From NCBI GenBank assembly GCA_032718475.1, contig JAUCBJ010007717.1:1-38885 (forward strand): a DNA stretch of 38,885 nt, given 5' to 3'. Positions within the stretch are counted from its first letter, which is position 1. Every line of letters begins with the position of its first letter. Both the position numbers and the translations under genes were made by a program. This DNA comes from Nemertoderma westbladi (lineage: Eukaryota; Animalia; Xenacoelomorpha). The notes beneath the pieces were generated by a model, which was not told where the DNA came from, did no database searches, and saw only the letters and a list, made by a program, of their open reading frames with translations. Shown here piece after piece: positions 10,371 to 22,300 of this stretch.

Positions 10371-11000
10371 TGAAGATATACCATTCCATTCAGTGGTGTT
10401 TTCAACATCTGTTATATTTATATCTATAGGAACAGTGGTTGTATTGTTAGGTTGTGGTGGTGAGGGCTGTTCGGTGGTAGATGTTGTAGAAAAACTGTAA
10501 TATTTGAGTTTATAGGAATAGCGTTTACAATATCGGGTCGAAGTTCTTTCCAAATTAACCAAGTTATTACTCCAGATATAACGGCGACTGATAGGCCTAT
10601 AAGAATTCCAATAATTACTCTCCGGTTCCGTCTCCATATATTCCCGATTAACCTTCGTCTATCAACCCTTTTCTTGTTTTTAGTCGTTTTCTTATCTGAA
10701 TAACTTTTAATGTCTATCGAACTTTTCTTGTTTTCCTGAGGATTTGGATTCACTTCATTTTTAAAATTCCTTTTGAACAATGAAGGTGTCCATTTGCGTG
10801 GCCTATTCCACGCCATGTCGAGGGCTCGGAATCTGTTGACTTTGGTACCAGGTTTGGGTATTTCCGAAGGACAATTGTGTTCATTACATTTATGAATATC
10901 AAAGAAGACTTCATCACTACCAATAGATGTTGTATTCGTTGCCATAACAATAATAAACGCGAAAGAAACGTAATATTCACGAAAGTTATATTTGGCTTAA

Positions 11001-11540
11001 CCCTATTGACAATCGGGTGGGTGGTGTGTTATTCGGGCTAGAGTGCCCTATGCGTCTATGGTATATAAAAGTGCGCCTACTGTACTATTACACTGCTACA
11101 GTATGTGTCGTAATATATTATCATTTTCTGATGACACTCCCCCCAACCCCACCCCCCCAAAAAAAAATTTAGCTTGAAATTCGAAACACAAATAGTTCGA
11201 CTCACCGAGGAGCCCATTAAGCCGAAATTTTCTATTTTACCTTTTTTTATTTAAAAAAGAGTATCTTGCGAAATTGAAACATTCGTATCACCGTCATTCT
11301 TCATATTAGTTGTTTATTTTGTTGTATAATTATTTTTATCCTTAGAAAGTTTGCGTTGCAAGGATTCCAAATATGTGAAGACCAGATAGTGGCGCACATT
11401 TACCGCAAGTGAAATAGTGAATAGTTTATTGTTTTGGTTAGACAACACTGCCACTGTTCGCGGTATTTCAACTTTTCATAACGCGAGTTGAATATTTTTT
11501 CGGATTTATTTATAATGAATATTCCAATATCAGTACTGGG
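11001..11540. mobile_element. Probable piggyBac-type left end and mixed MITE remnants (right boundary uncertain)
   Basis: TTAA|CCCTATT at 10997-11007 mirrors AATAGGG|TTAA at 3479-3489; 11402-11457 resembles the reverse complement of 9512-9566. Confidence 0.4.
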
Positions 11541-12633
11541 TGCGGGAACATGGAATTTGGGTATATTCAATGGACTGGGGGCGATTCACGGGCGAATTTG
11601 GGGCGACTTACGGGGCACGGGACTCATATCAGATATTTAAGGGCCAAGGGTGGGAGGCAAAATCAAGCAGTACTCAGGTTTACCTGATACTATTTAGGCC
11701 TAGCCAACTTCCTGCTGCCTGTAGAGGTGGATTTGGTAACTCGCTAGGTTGCCCTTCTTGGGAACTGGCACCAACTTATTTGTTTTCATTTCAATGACAA
11801 CACACAAATCTGATACAATTGTCCAGATTATCACTGATACTTAATTACAGCTACCCACCTGTTGTGGCGCGTGTAAAACTTCCTTGATTCTGTAATATCG
11901 GCGATATATTAAGCAAATAAGAATAACAAATTGAATTTACCAGTAGAATATCCAATATATGATAAATAATTATAACTCAATTATTAACTCTTTAAGTTTA
12001 GACCTTATGCCTGTAATAACCACCAGTCAATTAAACCTGACCGGGGATCAGTGCCTCTGCATGGGCAATGCGACTTCTTCTGTCCAACAATAACAAAAAG
12101 AGTGAATCAACCACAGAACTAATCGTACTTATATGCTTATATGCTTATATGCTCTAAATAACCGGACCTTAAGTTTCCGATTAATTCTCGGTCACTTCCA
12201 AATCCTGGAAAGCCTATTCAAGGCTGCCCATGCCTTTCCCTTACGTATTCGAAGGTCCTCACCTGACTTCCGGATCCATGATCCTAGGTAACAGAAGTCA
12301 TCCACATGTTCAAGCATACCATCTTTTGAGCTTATGCTCATATAAAGTACGCATAGTATAGTACGCATAATATAAAGTAGGAATATAAGTCATATAAAGT
12401 AGAATAGCCATAATAAAAGTAACCGGAAAATTAATGTTTATTTTCGGGTTCTTTTTCTTTTTGGGGGTCGCTTGCGACATTTCGGTGGCGGGGAGCCATT
12501 ACTAGGTACCGGAGGCGGAGAACCTTGCACTTGTAGCCCCTCAGTGGCGGAAGGATGAATTTCCAATGAGTCGGAAGGGGGTGCTACAGTTCGTACGGTT
12601 GGTCCACCAGTAGATGTTCCAGGTTGAGGTTAG

Positions 12634-13280
12634 CTAACCACGATTGATGTGGGAACAGAATGGCGCAATAACTTTACATAACGTGATCGCGCAATCCACT
12701 GTAAATTCGGAGAGTAATCCCACAATCTGATATATTTCAGAAGGGATATTTCGTCGTCCCTTTGGGTTGAGTCGAAAGATATTTGACTTTTTTATATGGT
12801 CAAGATACTTCTGCAGGGGCGCGACTTCGGCATCGTCGAGGGGTTTAACCAGAGATAGAAAATCCACGCTGCAGGCATGAAACTCGGGTTTCGTTACACA
12901 ATGTTGACAGAGCAAGACGAAATCCGTGTGGTCCTGAGACCCATAGCCCGGGGAATGGAGAAGACGTCTTTCGAGGTAACTATCCCGAATTAAAATATTT
13001 ATTTGATCAGCTCGACCAAGGGGAGCGATAATCCATTCATCAGTATTGTTGCATATAGGCTCTACAATGTGAGTTTACAACATCAGAGCATCCACAACTA
13101 AATTGGGGTTGGAGATGTCGGTGTCGAGAGGTATTGGTCGCGTTCGACTGTAAGCGACACCGAAAACGCTTTACAGACCCAGACGCGTGAATATGTGCTT
13201 TACTTTGGAACCCTTCAATTAAAGTCTGGACCACGGGTTGGACCAAAGAAGCTGATTCGTGTTCGTTGTTCAATCATCCA
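12634..13280 (-). pseudogene. Degenerate ORF of unknown family
   Basis: Frame of ORF 12634-12915 stays open up to 13074 (THIVEPICNNTDEWIIAPLGRADQ...), ~146 codons; overlaps ORF 13040-13273 in another frame. No recognised motif. Confidence 0.3.
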
Positions 13281-13584
13281 TGCTACGTCCGCTCTTCGTC
13301 CACACGTCCATACAGGGCGACATACTCTGAGAGTGAGTTCGGTAGATTACAGCTGCTTCTACTGCTGTACTGCACCATGCAAAAATAACCTGTTATCTGT
13401 CAGTCTGTACCTACTGCTGTAAACTACTCCCTCACCGGGTACCGGTACCCCTAACCATACATTCCATAATCCGGTAATCTGCGGTCCATTCCATTATCTG
13501 CGGCAAATCACCCATACGCTGACCCTTTTACACGTGAGCCCCATTGTCCTCTTCTACAACTAAACTCGAAACACCCCCGCAATC

Positions 13585-14124
13585 ATGCCAACTCGCAATG
13601 AACACCAAGATATTTCCACACGAATGGATCGACTTGAGAAACTTTTGGCCGCTGTATCTTCCGACTTAAAAGCCATTACCACCCAATTAAACCCAACCGA
13701 TGGGTCCCCCTCACTTATACAAACGATTAATATCCTACGCGAGGAAAACGGATACCTTAAAGAGAACCTCAATGCCGTTCGCGATTCCTTGGCAAGGGAG
13801 ATTGACTCCCTCAACCAGTACATAAGACGACACAATGTCCTCCTTCACGGAATCCCGGAAGGAAATCCCAAATCCGACCGTGATCGTCTCTTGCAGATAT
13901 TATCATCTCTGTCCATTAATCCAAATTTACTCGATGTTTGTCATCGCCTAGGACGACCTAAATCGAAACCTCGCCCTTTATTAATACGCTTCCTGGGACA
14001 CGCAACACGTTACACTATTCATTCACGGAAAGCCGAACTACCAAAAGTAATCTACCCGAGTGATCACCTCACAACTTATCGCGCTTCACTACTGCGATTC
14101 GGAAACTTTTATCGCGGACAATGA
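13585..14124 (+). CDS. LINE ORF1 (coiled coil + RRM-like), C-terminus lost by deletion
   Basis: Heptad-rich N-terminus, LNQYIRRHNVLLHGIPE, CHRLG..KPRPLLIRF, DHLT, typical of CR1/L2-group ORF1. Confidence 0.85.
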   Translation: MPTRNEHQDISTRMDRLEKLLAAVSSDLKAITTQLNPTDGSPSLIQTINILREENGYLKENLNAVRDSLAREIDSLNQYIRRHNVLLHGIPEGNPKSDRDRLLQILSSLSINPNLLDVCHRLGRPKSKPRPLLIRFLGHATRYTIHSRKAELPKVIYPSDHLTTYRASLLRFGNFYRGQ

Positions 14125-15609
14125 TGCACTTGACTTAATAAAATTCTACGGATATCACGAACCTATTCTTAATAATCGAACTGTAGGTATTCTTCACCGG
14201 GGAGGCACAGCTATTTTCGTTAAAGACAATATTGAAATTTCAGAAAGAACAGATTTACAAATTAAATGTTCCGGCCTTGAAAACACATGGGCACAAATAA
14301 ACCGCCCCCATTCCAAACCCCTTATAATTGGTACCATCTACAGACCTGATCCCATTACAATAGATACCTTCCTCCCTCTCCTTGAGTCTAGGCTATCATC
14401 ACTAACTGACTTAAAACATGACGTCATCATCACAGGTGATTTCAACATAGATTTACTAAAATCTACTACAATCTCCAAAAAATATATCGACCTCCTCCAT
14501 TCCCATGGCTTTATCCAATTAATAAACCAACCAACCCGCATTACACAATGGTCCAAAACTCTAATCGATCATATGATTACAAATATCACGACATCCATTT
14601 CCCATTCTGGTACATTCCAATCTAAGATAGGCACATCTGATCACCAACCCACATTTGTTATCTTTCAGAAGTACTCTTGTTACTTCGAAAGAGATAAAAC
14701 CCATTCGGTTTTTGATTTTTCTGACTATAATCAAACCCAATTCGTAAGTGATATTACATCATCCAACACCTGGTCCTATAACTCATCCTCCGTCCCCCAT
14801 AATGATAAATTTAACGTCTTTTATAGCGACCTTGAAAAATTATGCTCTTCCTATGTCACCAAAAAAAATATACGTCCCAAACTAATCCCACAAAAGCCAT
14901 GGATGACCCCTAATCTAATCAAATGCACAATTAAAAAAAACACTTTATACCGCAAATTTGTAAGACACCCAACGGACGCTAACCGCAACACATTCAATAA
15001 ATACAGAAACAAATTAACATCTACTCTACGGGCGGCTGAAAAAACATACTATGATACACAATTCAAATTACATTCTAAAAACATTCGTAAAACCTGGATT
15101 ATAATAAATTCTGCACTAAATAGATCGACTAAACTTAATCTACCTAAAAAACTAACTATTCGCACTGGAGACATTACTGAAACGGTAACAGACGCGGAAC
15201 GCATCGCAAATATCCTAAACACCCACTTCGCTACAATAGGACCTAAGCTTGCTAAAGAAATACCAAATTCACCACGTTCACCTCTCCGTTATATAAATCG
15301 TAATCAACCAAATTCCTTTGTTTTAACTGAAACTTCCCCTGTTGAAGTAGAGTACCGCTTACTGCAACTTGACCCTAATTCTTCCTCGAATGACCAATTC
15401 CCAACCAAATTATTATTACACGCTGCAAAACCGCTATCAATTCACCTAAGCTATTTAATTAACCTGTCTATTACCCAAGGCTTCTTCCCCAGTGCACTCA
15501 AACCAGCTAAAATTATTCCTATTTACAAAGGCAATGACCCAACAGACTCCAATAATTACAGGCCAATATCTCTTCTTCCAGTACTAACAAAAATATTCGA
15601 ACAAATAAT
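14095..15609 (+). mobile_element. CR1/L2/Crack-group LINE ORF2: APE endonuclease plus start of RT, truncated at both ends
   Basis: SET, RGGTAIFVK, IGTIYRP, GDFNIDLL, PTR, TLIDH, SDH; then IIPIYKG..NYRPISLLPVLTKIFEQII, where the satellite begins. APE N-terminus is absent (fused to ORF1 near 14095). Confidence 0.92.
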
Positions 15610-18600
15610 CCACCTCCCGTATCCTCTCCCCCTGGCATGCCCCTCTCCCGTATCCCCTCCCCCTGGCACACTCCACCTCCCGTATCCTCCTCACCCCCTG
15701 GCACGCTCCACCTCCCGTATCCTCTCCCCCTGGCATGCTCCACTCCTGTATCCTCTCCCCCTGGCATGCTCAACCTCCCGTATCCTCTCCCCTGGCACTC
15801 TCAACCTCCCGTATCATCTCCCCCTGGCACACTCCACTTCCCATATCCTCTCCCCCTGGCATGCTCCACCTCCCGTATCCTCTCCCCTGGCACGGTCCAC
15901 CTCCAGTATCCTCTCCCCCCAGCACGCTCCACCTCCGGTATCCTCTCCCCCTGGCACGCTCCACCCCCTGTATCCTCTCCCCCGGCACTCCACCTCCTGT
16001 ATCCTCTCCCCCAGGCACACTCCACCTCCCATATCCTCTCCCCCTGGCATGCTCAACCTCTCGTATCATCTCCCCCTGGCACACTCCACCTCCCATATCC
16101 TCTCCCCCTGGCATGCTCCACCTCCCGTATCCTCTCCCCCTGGCATGCTGCACTCCCGTATCCTGTCCCCTGGCACGCTCTACCTCCCTATCCTCTCCCC
16201 CTGGCACGCTCCACCCCTGTATCCTCTCCCCCTGGCACGCTCCAACCATGTATTCTCTCCCCCTGGCACACTCCAACTCCCGTATCCTCTCCCCTTGGCA
16301 CGCTCCACCTCCCATATCCTCTTCCCCTGGAACGCTCCACCTCCCGTATCCTCTTCCCCTGGCACGGTCTACCTCCAGTATCCTCTCCCCCTGGCACGCT
16401 CCACCTCCCGTATCCTCACCCCCTGGCACGCTCCACCTCCCATATCCTCTCCCCCTGGCACGATCCATTCCCGTATCCTCTCCCCCTGGCATGCTCCACT
16501 CCCATATCCTGTCCCCTGGCACGCTCCACTCCCGTATCCTCTCCCCCTGGCATGCTCAACCTCCCATATCCGCTCCCCCAGCACTCTCAACCTCCAGTAT
16601 CCTCTCCCCCCGGCACGCTCCACCTCCCGTATCCTCTCCCCCTGGCACGCTCCACCCCCTGTATCCTCTCCCCCTGGCACGCTCCACTCCCGTATCCTCT
16701 CCCCCTGACACGATCCACTCCCGTATCCTCTCTCCCTGGCATGCCCCTCTCCCGTATCCCCTCCCCCTGGCACACTCCACCTCCTGTATCCTCTACCCCT
16801 GGCACGATCCACCTCCCATATCCTCTCTACCTGGCATGCTCCACCTCCCGTATCCTCTCCCCCGGCACTCTCAACCTCCCGTATCATCTCTCCCTGGCAC
16901 ACTCCACCTCCAGTATCCTCTCTTCCTGGCACACTCTACCTCCCATATCCTCTCCCCCTGGCACGCTCCACCCACGTATCCTCTCCCCCTGGCACGCTTC
17001 AACTCCCGTATCCTCTCCCCCTGGCATGCTCCACCTCCCGTATCCTCTTCCCCTGGCACGGTCTACCTCCAGTATCCTCTCCCTCTGGCACGCTCCACCT
17101 CCCGTATCCTCACCCCATGGCACGCTCCACCTCCCGTATCCTCTCCCCCTGGCATGCCCCTCTCCCGTATCCCCTCCCCCTGGCACACTCCACCTCCCGT
17201 ATCCTCACCCCCTGGCACGCTCCACCTCCCGTATCCTCTCCCCCTGGCACGCTCCACTCCCGTATCCTCTCCCCCTGGCATGCTCCACTCCCGTATCCTG
17301 TCCCCTGGCACGCTCCACCCCCCGTATCCTCTCCTCCTGGCATGCTCCACTCCTGTATCCTCTCCCCCTGGCATGCTCAACCTCCCGTATCCTCTCCCCT
17401 GGCACTCTCAACCTCCCGTATCATCTCCCCCTGGCACACTCCACCTCCCATATCCTCTCCCCCTGGCATGCTCCACCTCCCGTATCCTCTCCCCTGGCAC
17501 GGTCCACCTCCAGTATCCTCTCCCCCCAGCACGCTCCACCTCCGGTATCCTCTCCCCCTGGCACGCTCCACCCCCTGTATCCTCTCCCCCGGCACTCTCA
17601 ACCTCCCGTATCATCTCTCCCTGGCACACTCCACCTCCTGTATCCTCCCCCCCAGGCACACTCCACCTCCCATATCCTCTCCCCCTGGCATGCTCAACCT
17701 CTCGTATCATCTCCCCCTGGCACACTCCACCTCCCATATCCTCTCCCCCTGGCATGCTCCACCTCCCGTATCCTCTTCCCCTGGCATGCTGCACTCCCGT
17801 ATCCTGTCCCCTGGCACGCTCTACCTCCCTATCCTCTCCCCCTGGCACGCTCCACCCCTGTATCCTCTCCCCCTGGCACGCTCCAACCATGTATTCTCTC
17901 CCCCTGGCACACTCCAACTCCCGTATCCTCTCCCCTTGGCACGCTCCACCTCCCATATCCTCTTCCCCTGGCACGCTCCACCTCCCGTATCCTCTTCCCC
18001 TGGCACGGTCTACCTCCAGTATCCTCTCCCCCTGGCACGCTCCACCTCCCGTATCCTCACCCCCTGGCACGCTCCACCTCCCGTATCCTCTCCCCCTGGC
18101 ACGCTCCATTCCCGTATCCTCTCCCCCTGGCATGCTCCACTCCCATATCCTGTCCCCTGGCACGCTCCACCCCCCGTATCCTCTCCTCCTGGCACGCTCC
18201 ACTCCCGTATCCTCTCCCCCTGGCATGCTCAACCTCCCATATCCGCTCCCCCAGCACTCTCAACCTCCAGTATCCTCTCCCCCCGGCACGCTCCACCTCC
18301 CGTATCCTCTCCCCCTGGCACGCTCCACCCCCTGTATCCTCTCCCCCTGGCACGCTCCACTCCCGTATCCTCTCCCCCTGGCACGATCCACTCCCGTATC
18401 CTCTCTCCCTGGCATGCCCCTCTCCCGTATTCCCTCCCCCTGGCACACTCCACCTCCTGTATCCTCTACCCCTGGCACGATCCACCTCCCATATCCTCTC
18501 CCCCTGGCATGCTCCACCTCCCGTATCCTCTCCCCCGGCACTCTCAACCTCCCGTATCATCTCTCCCTGGCACACTCCACCTCCTGTATCCTCTCCCCCT

Positions 18601-19363
18601 GGCACACTCTACCTCCCATATCCTCTCCCCCTGGCATGCTCCACCTCCCGTATCCTCTCCCCTGGCACACTCAACCTCCTGTATCCTCTCCCCCTGGCAC
18701 ACTCCACATCCTGTATCATCTCCCCCTGGCACGCTCCACCCCCGTATCCTCTCCCCCTGACACGCTCCACCTCCCTATCCTCTCCCCCTGGCATGCTCCA
18801 CCCCTGTATCCTCTCCCCCTGGAACGCTCCACCCACGTATCCTCTCTCCCTGGCACGCTCCACCTCCCGTATCCTCTCCCCTGACACACTCAACCTCCTG
18901 TATCCTCTCCCCCTGGCACACTCTACATCCTGTATCATCTCCCCCTGGCACGCTCCACCCCCGTATCCTCTCCCCCTGACACGCTCCACCTCCCTATCCT
19001 CTCCCCCTGGCATGCTCCACCCCTGTATCCTCTCCCCCTGGAACGCTCCACCCACGTATCCTCTCTCCCTGGCACGCTCCACCCCCGTATCCTCTCCCCC
19101 TGACACGCTCCACCTCCCTATCCTCTCCCCCTGGCACGCTCCACCTCCCGTATCCTCTCTCCATGGCACGCTCCACCTCCCGTATCCTCACCCCTGGCAC
19201 GCTCCACCCCCGTATCCTCTCCATCTGGCACGCTCCACCTCCCTTTTCCTCTCCCCCTGGCACGCTCCACCTCCCGTATCCTCTCACCCTGACACGCTCC
19301 ACCTCCAGTATCCTCTCCCCCTGGCACGCTCCACCCCTGTATCCTCTCCACCTGGCACGCTCC
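15609..19363. repeat. 31-32-bp C-rich satellite, ~118 copies, with a ~1.6-kb higher-order duplication
   Basis: Consensus TGGCACGCTCCACCTCCCGTATCCTCTCCCCC; rare variants recur (TCCAACCATGTATTC at ~16241 and ~17883; ATCCGCTCCCCCAG at ~16568 and ~18241). Confidence 0.97.
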
Positions 19364-19388
19364 TGAAGAGGTTGAAGACGGACATACA

Positions 19389-22300
19389 AGGCTATATTTG
19401 ACTGATTGTATACCGACATTGTATAAGCGTATTATTACTTGGCTATACTTGACTGATTGTTTACCGACATTGTATAAGCGTGTTATTACTTGGCTATACT
19501 TGACTGATTGTATAACGACATTGTACAAGCGTGTTATTACTTGGCCATACTTGACTTATTGTATACCGACATTGTACAAGCGTGTTATTACTTGGCTATA
19601 CTTGACTGATTTTATACCGACATTGCATAAGCGTGTTATTACTAGGCTATACTTGACTGATTGTATATCGACATTGTATAAGCGTGTGATTACTTGGCTA
19701 TACTTGACTGATTGTATACCGACATTGTACATGTACAAGCGTGTTATTACTTGGCTATATTTGACTGATTGTATACCGACATTGTATAAGCGTGTTATTA
19801 CTTGGCTATACTTGACTGATTGTTTACCGACATTGTATAAGCGTGTTATTACTTGGCTATACTTGACTGATTGTATAACGACATTGTACAAGCGTGTTAT
19901 TACTTGGCTATACTTGACTTATTGTATACCGACATTGTACAAGCGTGTTATTACTTGGCTATACTTGACTGATTTTATACTGACATTGTATAAGCGTGTT
20001 ATTACATGGCTATACTTGACTGATTGTATACCGACATTGTATAAGCGTGTTATTACTTGGCTATACTTGACTGATTGTATACCGACATTGTATAAGCGTG
20101 TTATTACTTGGCTATACTTGACTGATTGTATACCGACATTGTATAAGCGTGTTATTACTTGGCTATACTTGACTGATTGTAAACCGACATTGTATAAGCG
20201 TGTTATTACTTGGCTATACTTGACTGATTGTATACCGACATTGTATAAGCGTGTTATTACTTGGCTATACTTGACTGATTGTATACCGACATTGTATAAG
20301 CGTGTTATTACTTGGCTATACTTGACTGATTGTATACCGACATTGTATAAGCGTGTTATTACTTGGCTATACTTGACTGATTGTAAACCGACATTGTATA
20401 AGCGTGTTATTACTTGGCTATACTTGACTGATTGTATACCGACATTGTATAAGCGTGTTTTTACTTGGCTATACTTGACTGATTGTATACCGACATTGTA
20501 TAAGCGTGTTATTACTTGGCTATACTTGACTGATTGTATACCGACATTGTATAAGCGTGTTATTACTTGGCTATACTTGATTGATTGTATACCGACATTG
20601 TACACGCGTGTTATTACTTGGCTGTACTTGACTGATTGTATACCGACATTGTATAAGCGTGTTATTACTTGGCTATACTTGACTGATTGTATACCGACAT
20701 TGTATAAGCGTGTTATTACTTGGCTATACTTGACTGATTGTATACCGACATTGTATAAGCGTGTTATTACTTGGCTATACTTGACTGATTGTATACCGAC
20801 ATTGTATAAGCGTGTTATTACTTGGCTATACTTGACTGATTGTATACCGACATTGTATGAGCGTGTTATTACTTGGCTATACTTGACTGATTGTATACTG
20901 ACATTGTATAAGCGTGTTATTACTTGGCTATACTTGACTGATTGTATACCGACATTGTATAAGCGTATTATTACTTGGCTATACTTGATTGATTGTATAC
21001 CGACATTGTATAAGCGTGTTATTACTTGGCTATACTTGACTGATTGTATACCGACATTGTATAAGCGTGTTATTACTTGGCTATACTTGACTGATTGTAT
21101 ACCGACATTGTATAAGCGTGTTATTACTTGGCTATACTTGATTGATTGTATACCGACATTGTATAAGCGTGTTATTACTTGGCTATACTTGACTGATTGT
21201 ATACCGACATTGTATAAGCGTGTTATTACTTGGCTATACTTGATTGATTGTATACCGACATTGTACAAGCGTGTTATTACTTGGCTATACTTGATTGATT
21301 GTATACCGACATTGTACACGCGTGTTATTACTTGGCTGTACTTGACTGATTGTATACCGACATTGTATAAGCGTGTTATTACTTGGCTATACTTGACTGA
21401 TTGTATACCGACATTGTATAAGCGTGTTATTACTTGGCTATACTTGACTGATTGTATACCGACATTGTATAAGCGTGTTATTACTTGGCTATACTTGACT
21501 GATTGTATACCGACATTGTATAAGCGTGTTATTACTTGGCTATACTTGACTGATTGTATACCGACATTGTATAAGCGTGTTATTACTTGGCTATACTTGA
21601 CTGATTGTATACCGACATTGTATGAGCGTGTTATTACTTGGCTATACTTGACTGATTGTATACTGACATTGTATAAGCGTGTTATTACTTGGCTATACTT
21701 GACTGATTGTATACCGACATTGTATAAGCGTATTATTACTTGGCTATACTTGATTGATTGTATACCGACATTGTATAAGCGTGTTATTACTTGGCTATAC
21801 TTGACTGATTGTATACCGACATTGTATAAGCGTGTTATTACTTGGCTATACTTGACTGATTGTATACCGACATTGTATAAGCGTGTTATTACTTGGCTAT
21901 ACTTGATTGATTGTATACCGACATTGTATAAGCGTGTTATTACTTGGCTATACTTGACTGATTGTATACCGGCATTGTATAAGCGTGTTATTACTTGGCT
22001 ATACTTGACTGATTGTATACCGACATTGTATAAGCGTGTTATTACTTGGCTATACTTGACTGATTGTATACCGACATTGTATAAGCGTGTTATTACTTGG
22101 CTATACTTGACTGATTGTATACCGACATTGTATGAGCGTGTTATTACTTGGCTATACTTGACTGATTGTATACTGACATTGTATAAGCGTGTTATTACTT
22201 GGCTATACTTGACTGATTGTATACCGACATTGTATAAGCGTATTATTACTTGGCTATACTTGATTGATTGTATACCGACATTGTATAAGCGTGTTATTAC

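Larger units (their letters stand above)
8958..10945 (-). pseudogene. Type II membrane fibrinogen-related-domain (FReD) protein with Pro/Thr mucin-like stalk; disrupted as assembled (~531 aa when reconstructed)
   Basis: ATG 10945; basic RRNRR then hydrophobic VIIGILIGLSVAVISGVITWLIW; frameshift at the A5 run 10490-10494; (TTTTPPP)n; FReD motifs IQFR, DFNKYWDSYVEGFG, YWLGLETIHRIT, LQIEL; after the 9323-9715 insertion FSTKDKDHD, GGWW, NLNG, YW; stop at 8958. Confidence 0.85.

Noticed and set aside
9838-10500. Val/Gly-rich + strand ORF and His/Pro-rich alternative-frame ORF
   Set aside because: These are shadows of the TTTTPPP stalk; only the minus-strand Thr/Pro frame connects to the TM and FReD motifs.
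19362-19390. Hammerhead ribozyme at CTGAAGAG in the linker between the two satellites
   Set aside because: No GAAA core or supporting stems.
15519-19528. Dozens of Pro-rich or Gly/Arg-rich ORFs up to 1254 aa
   Set aside because: The 31/32-bp unit has almost no stop codons in any frame and is not a multiple of three, so these are compositional artefacts.
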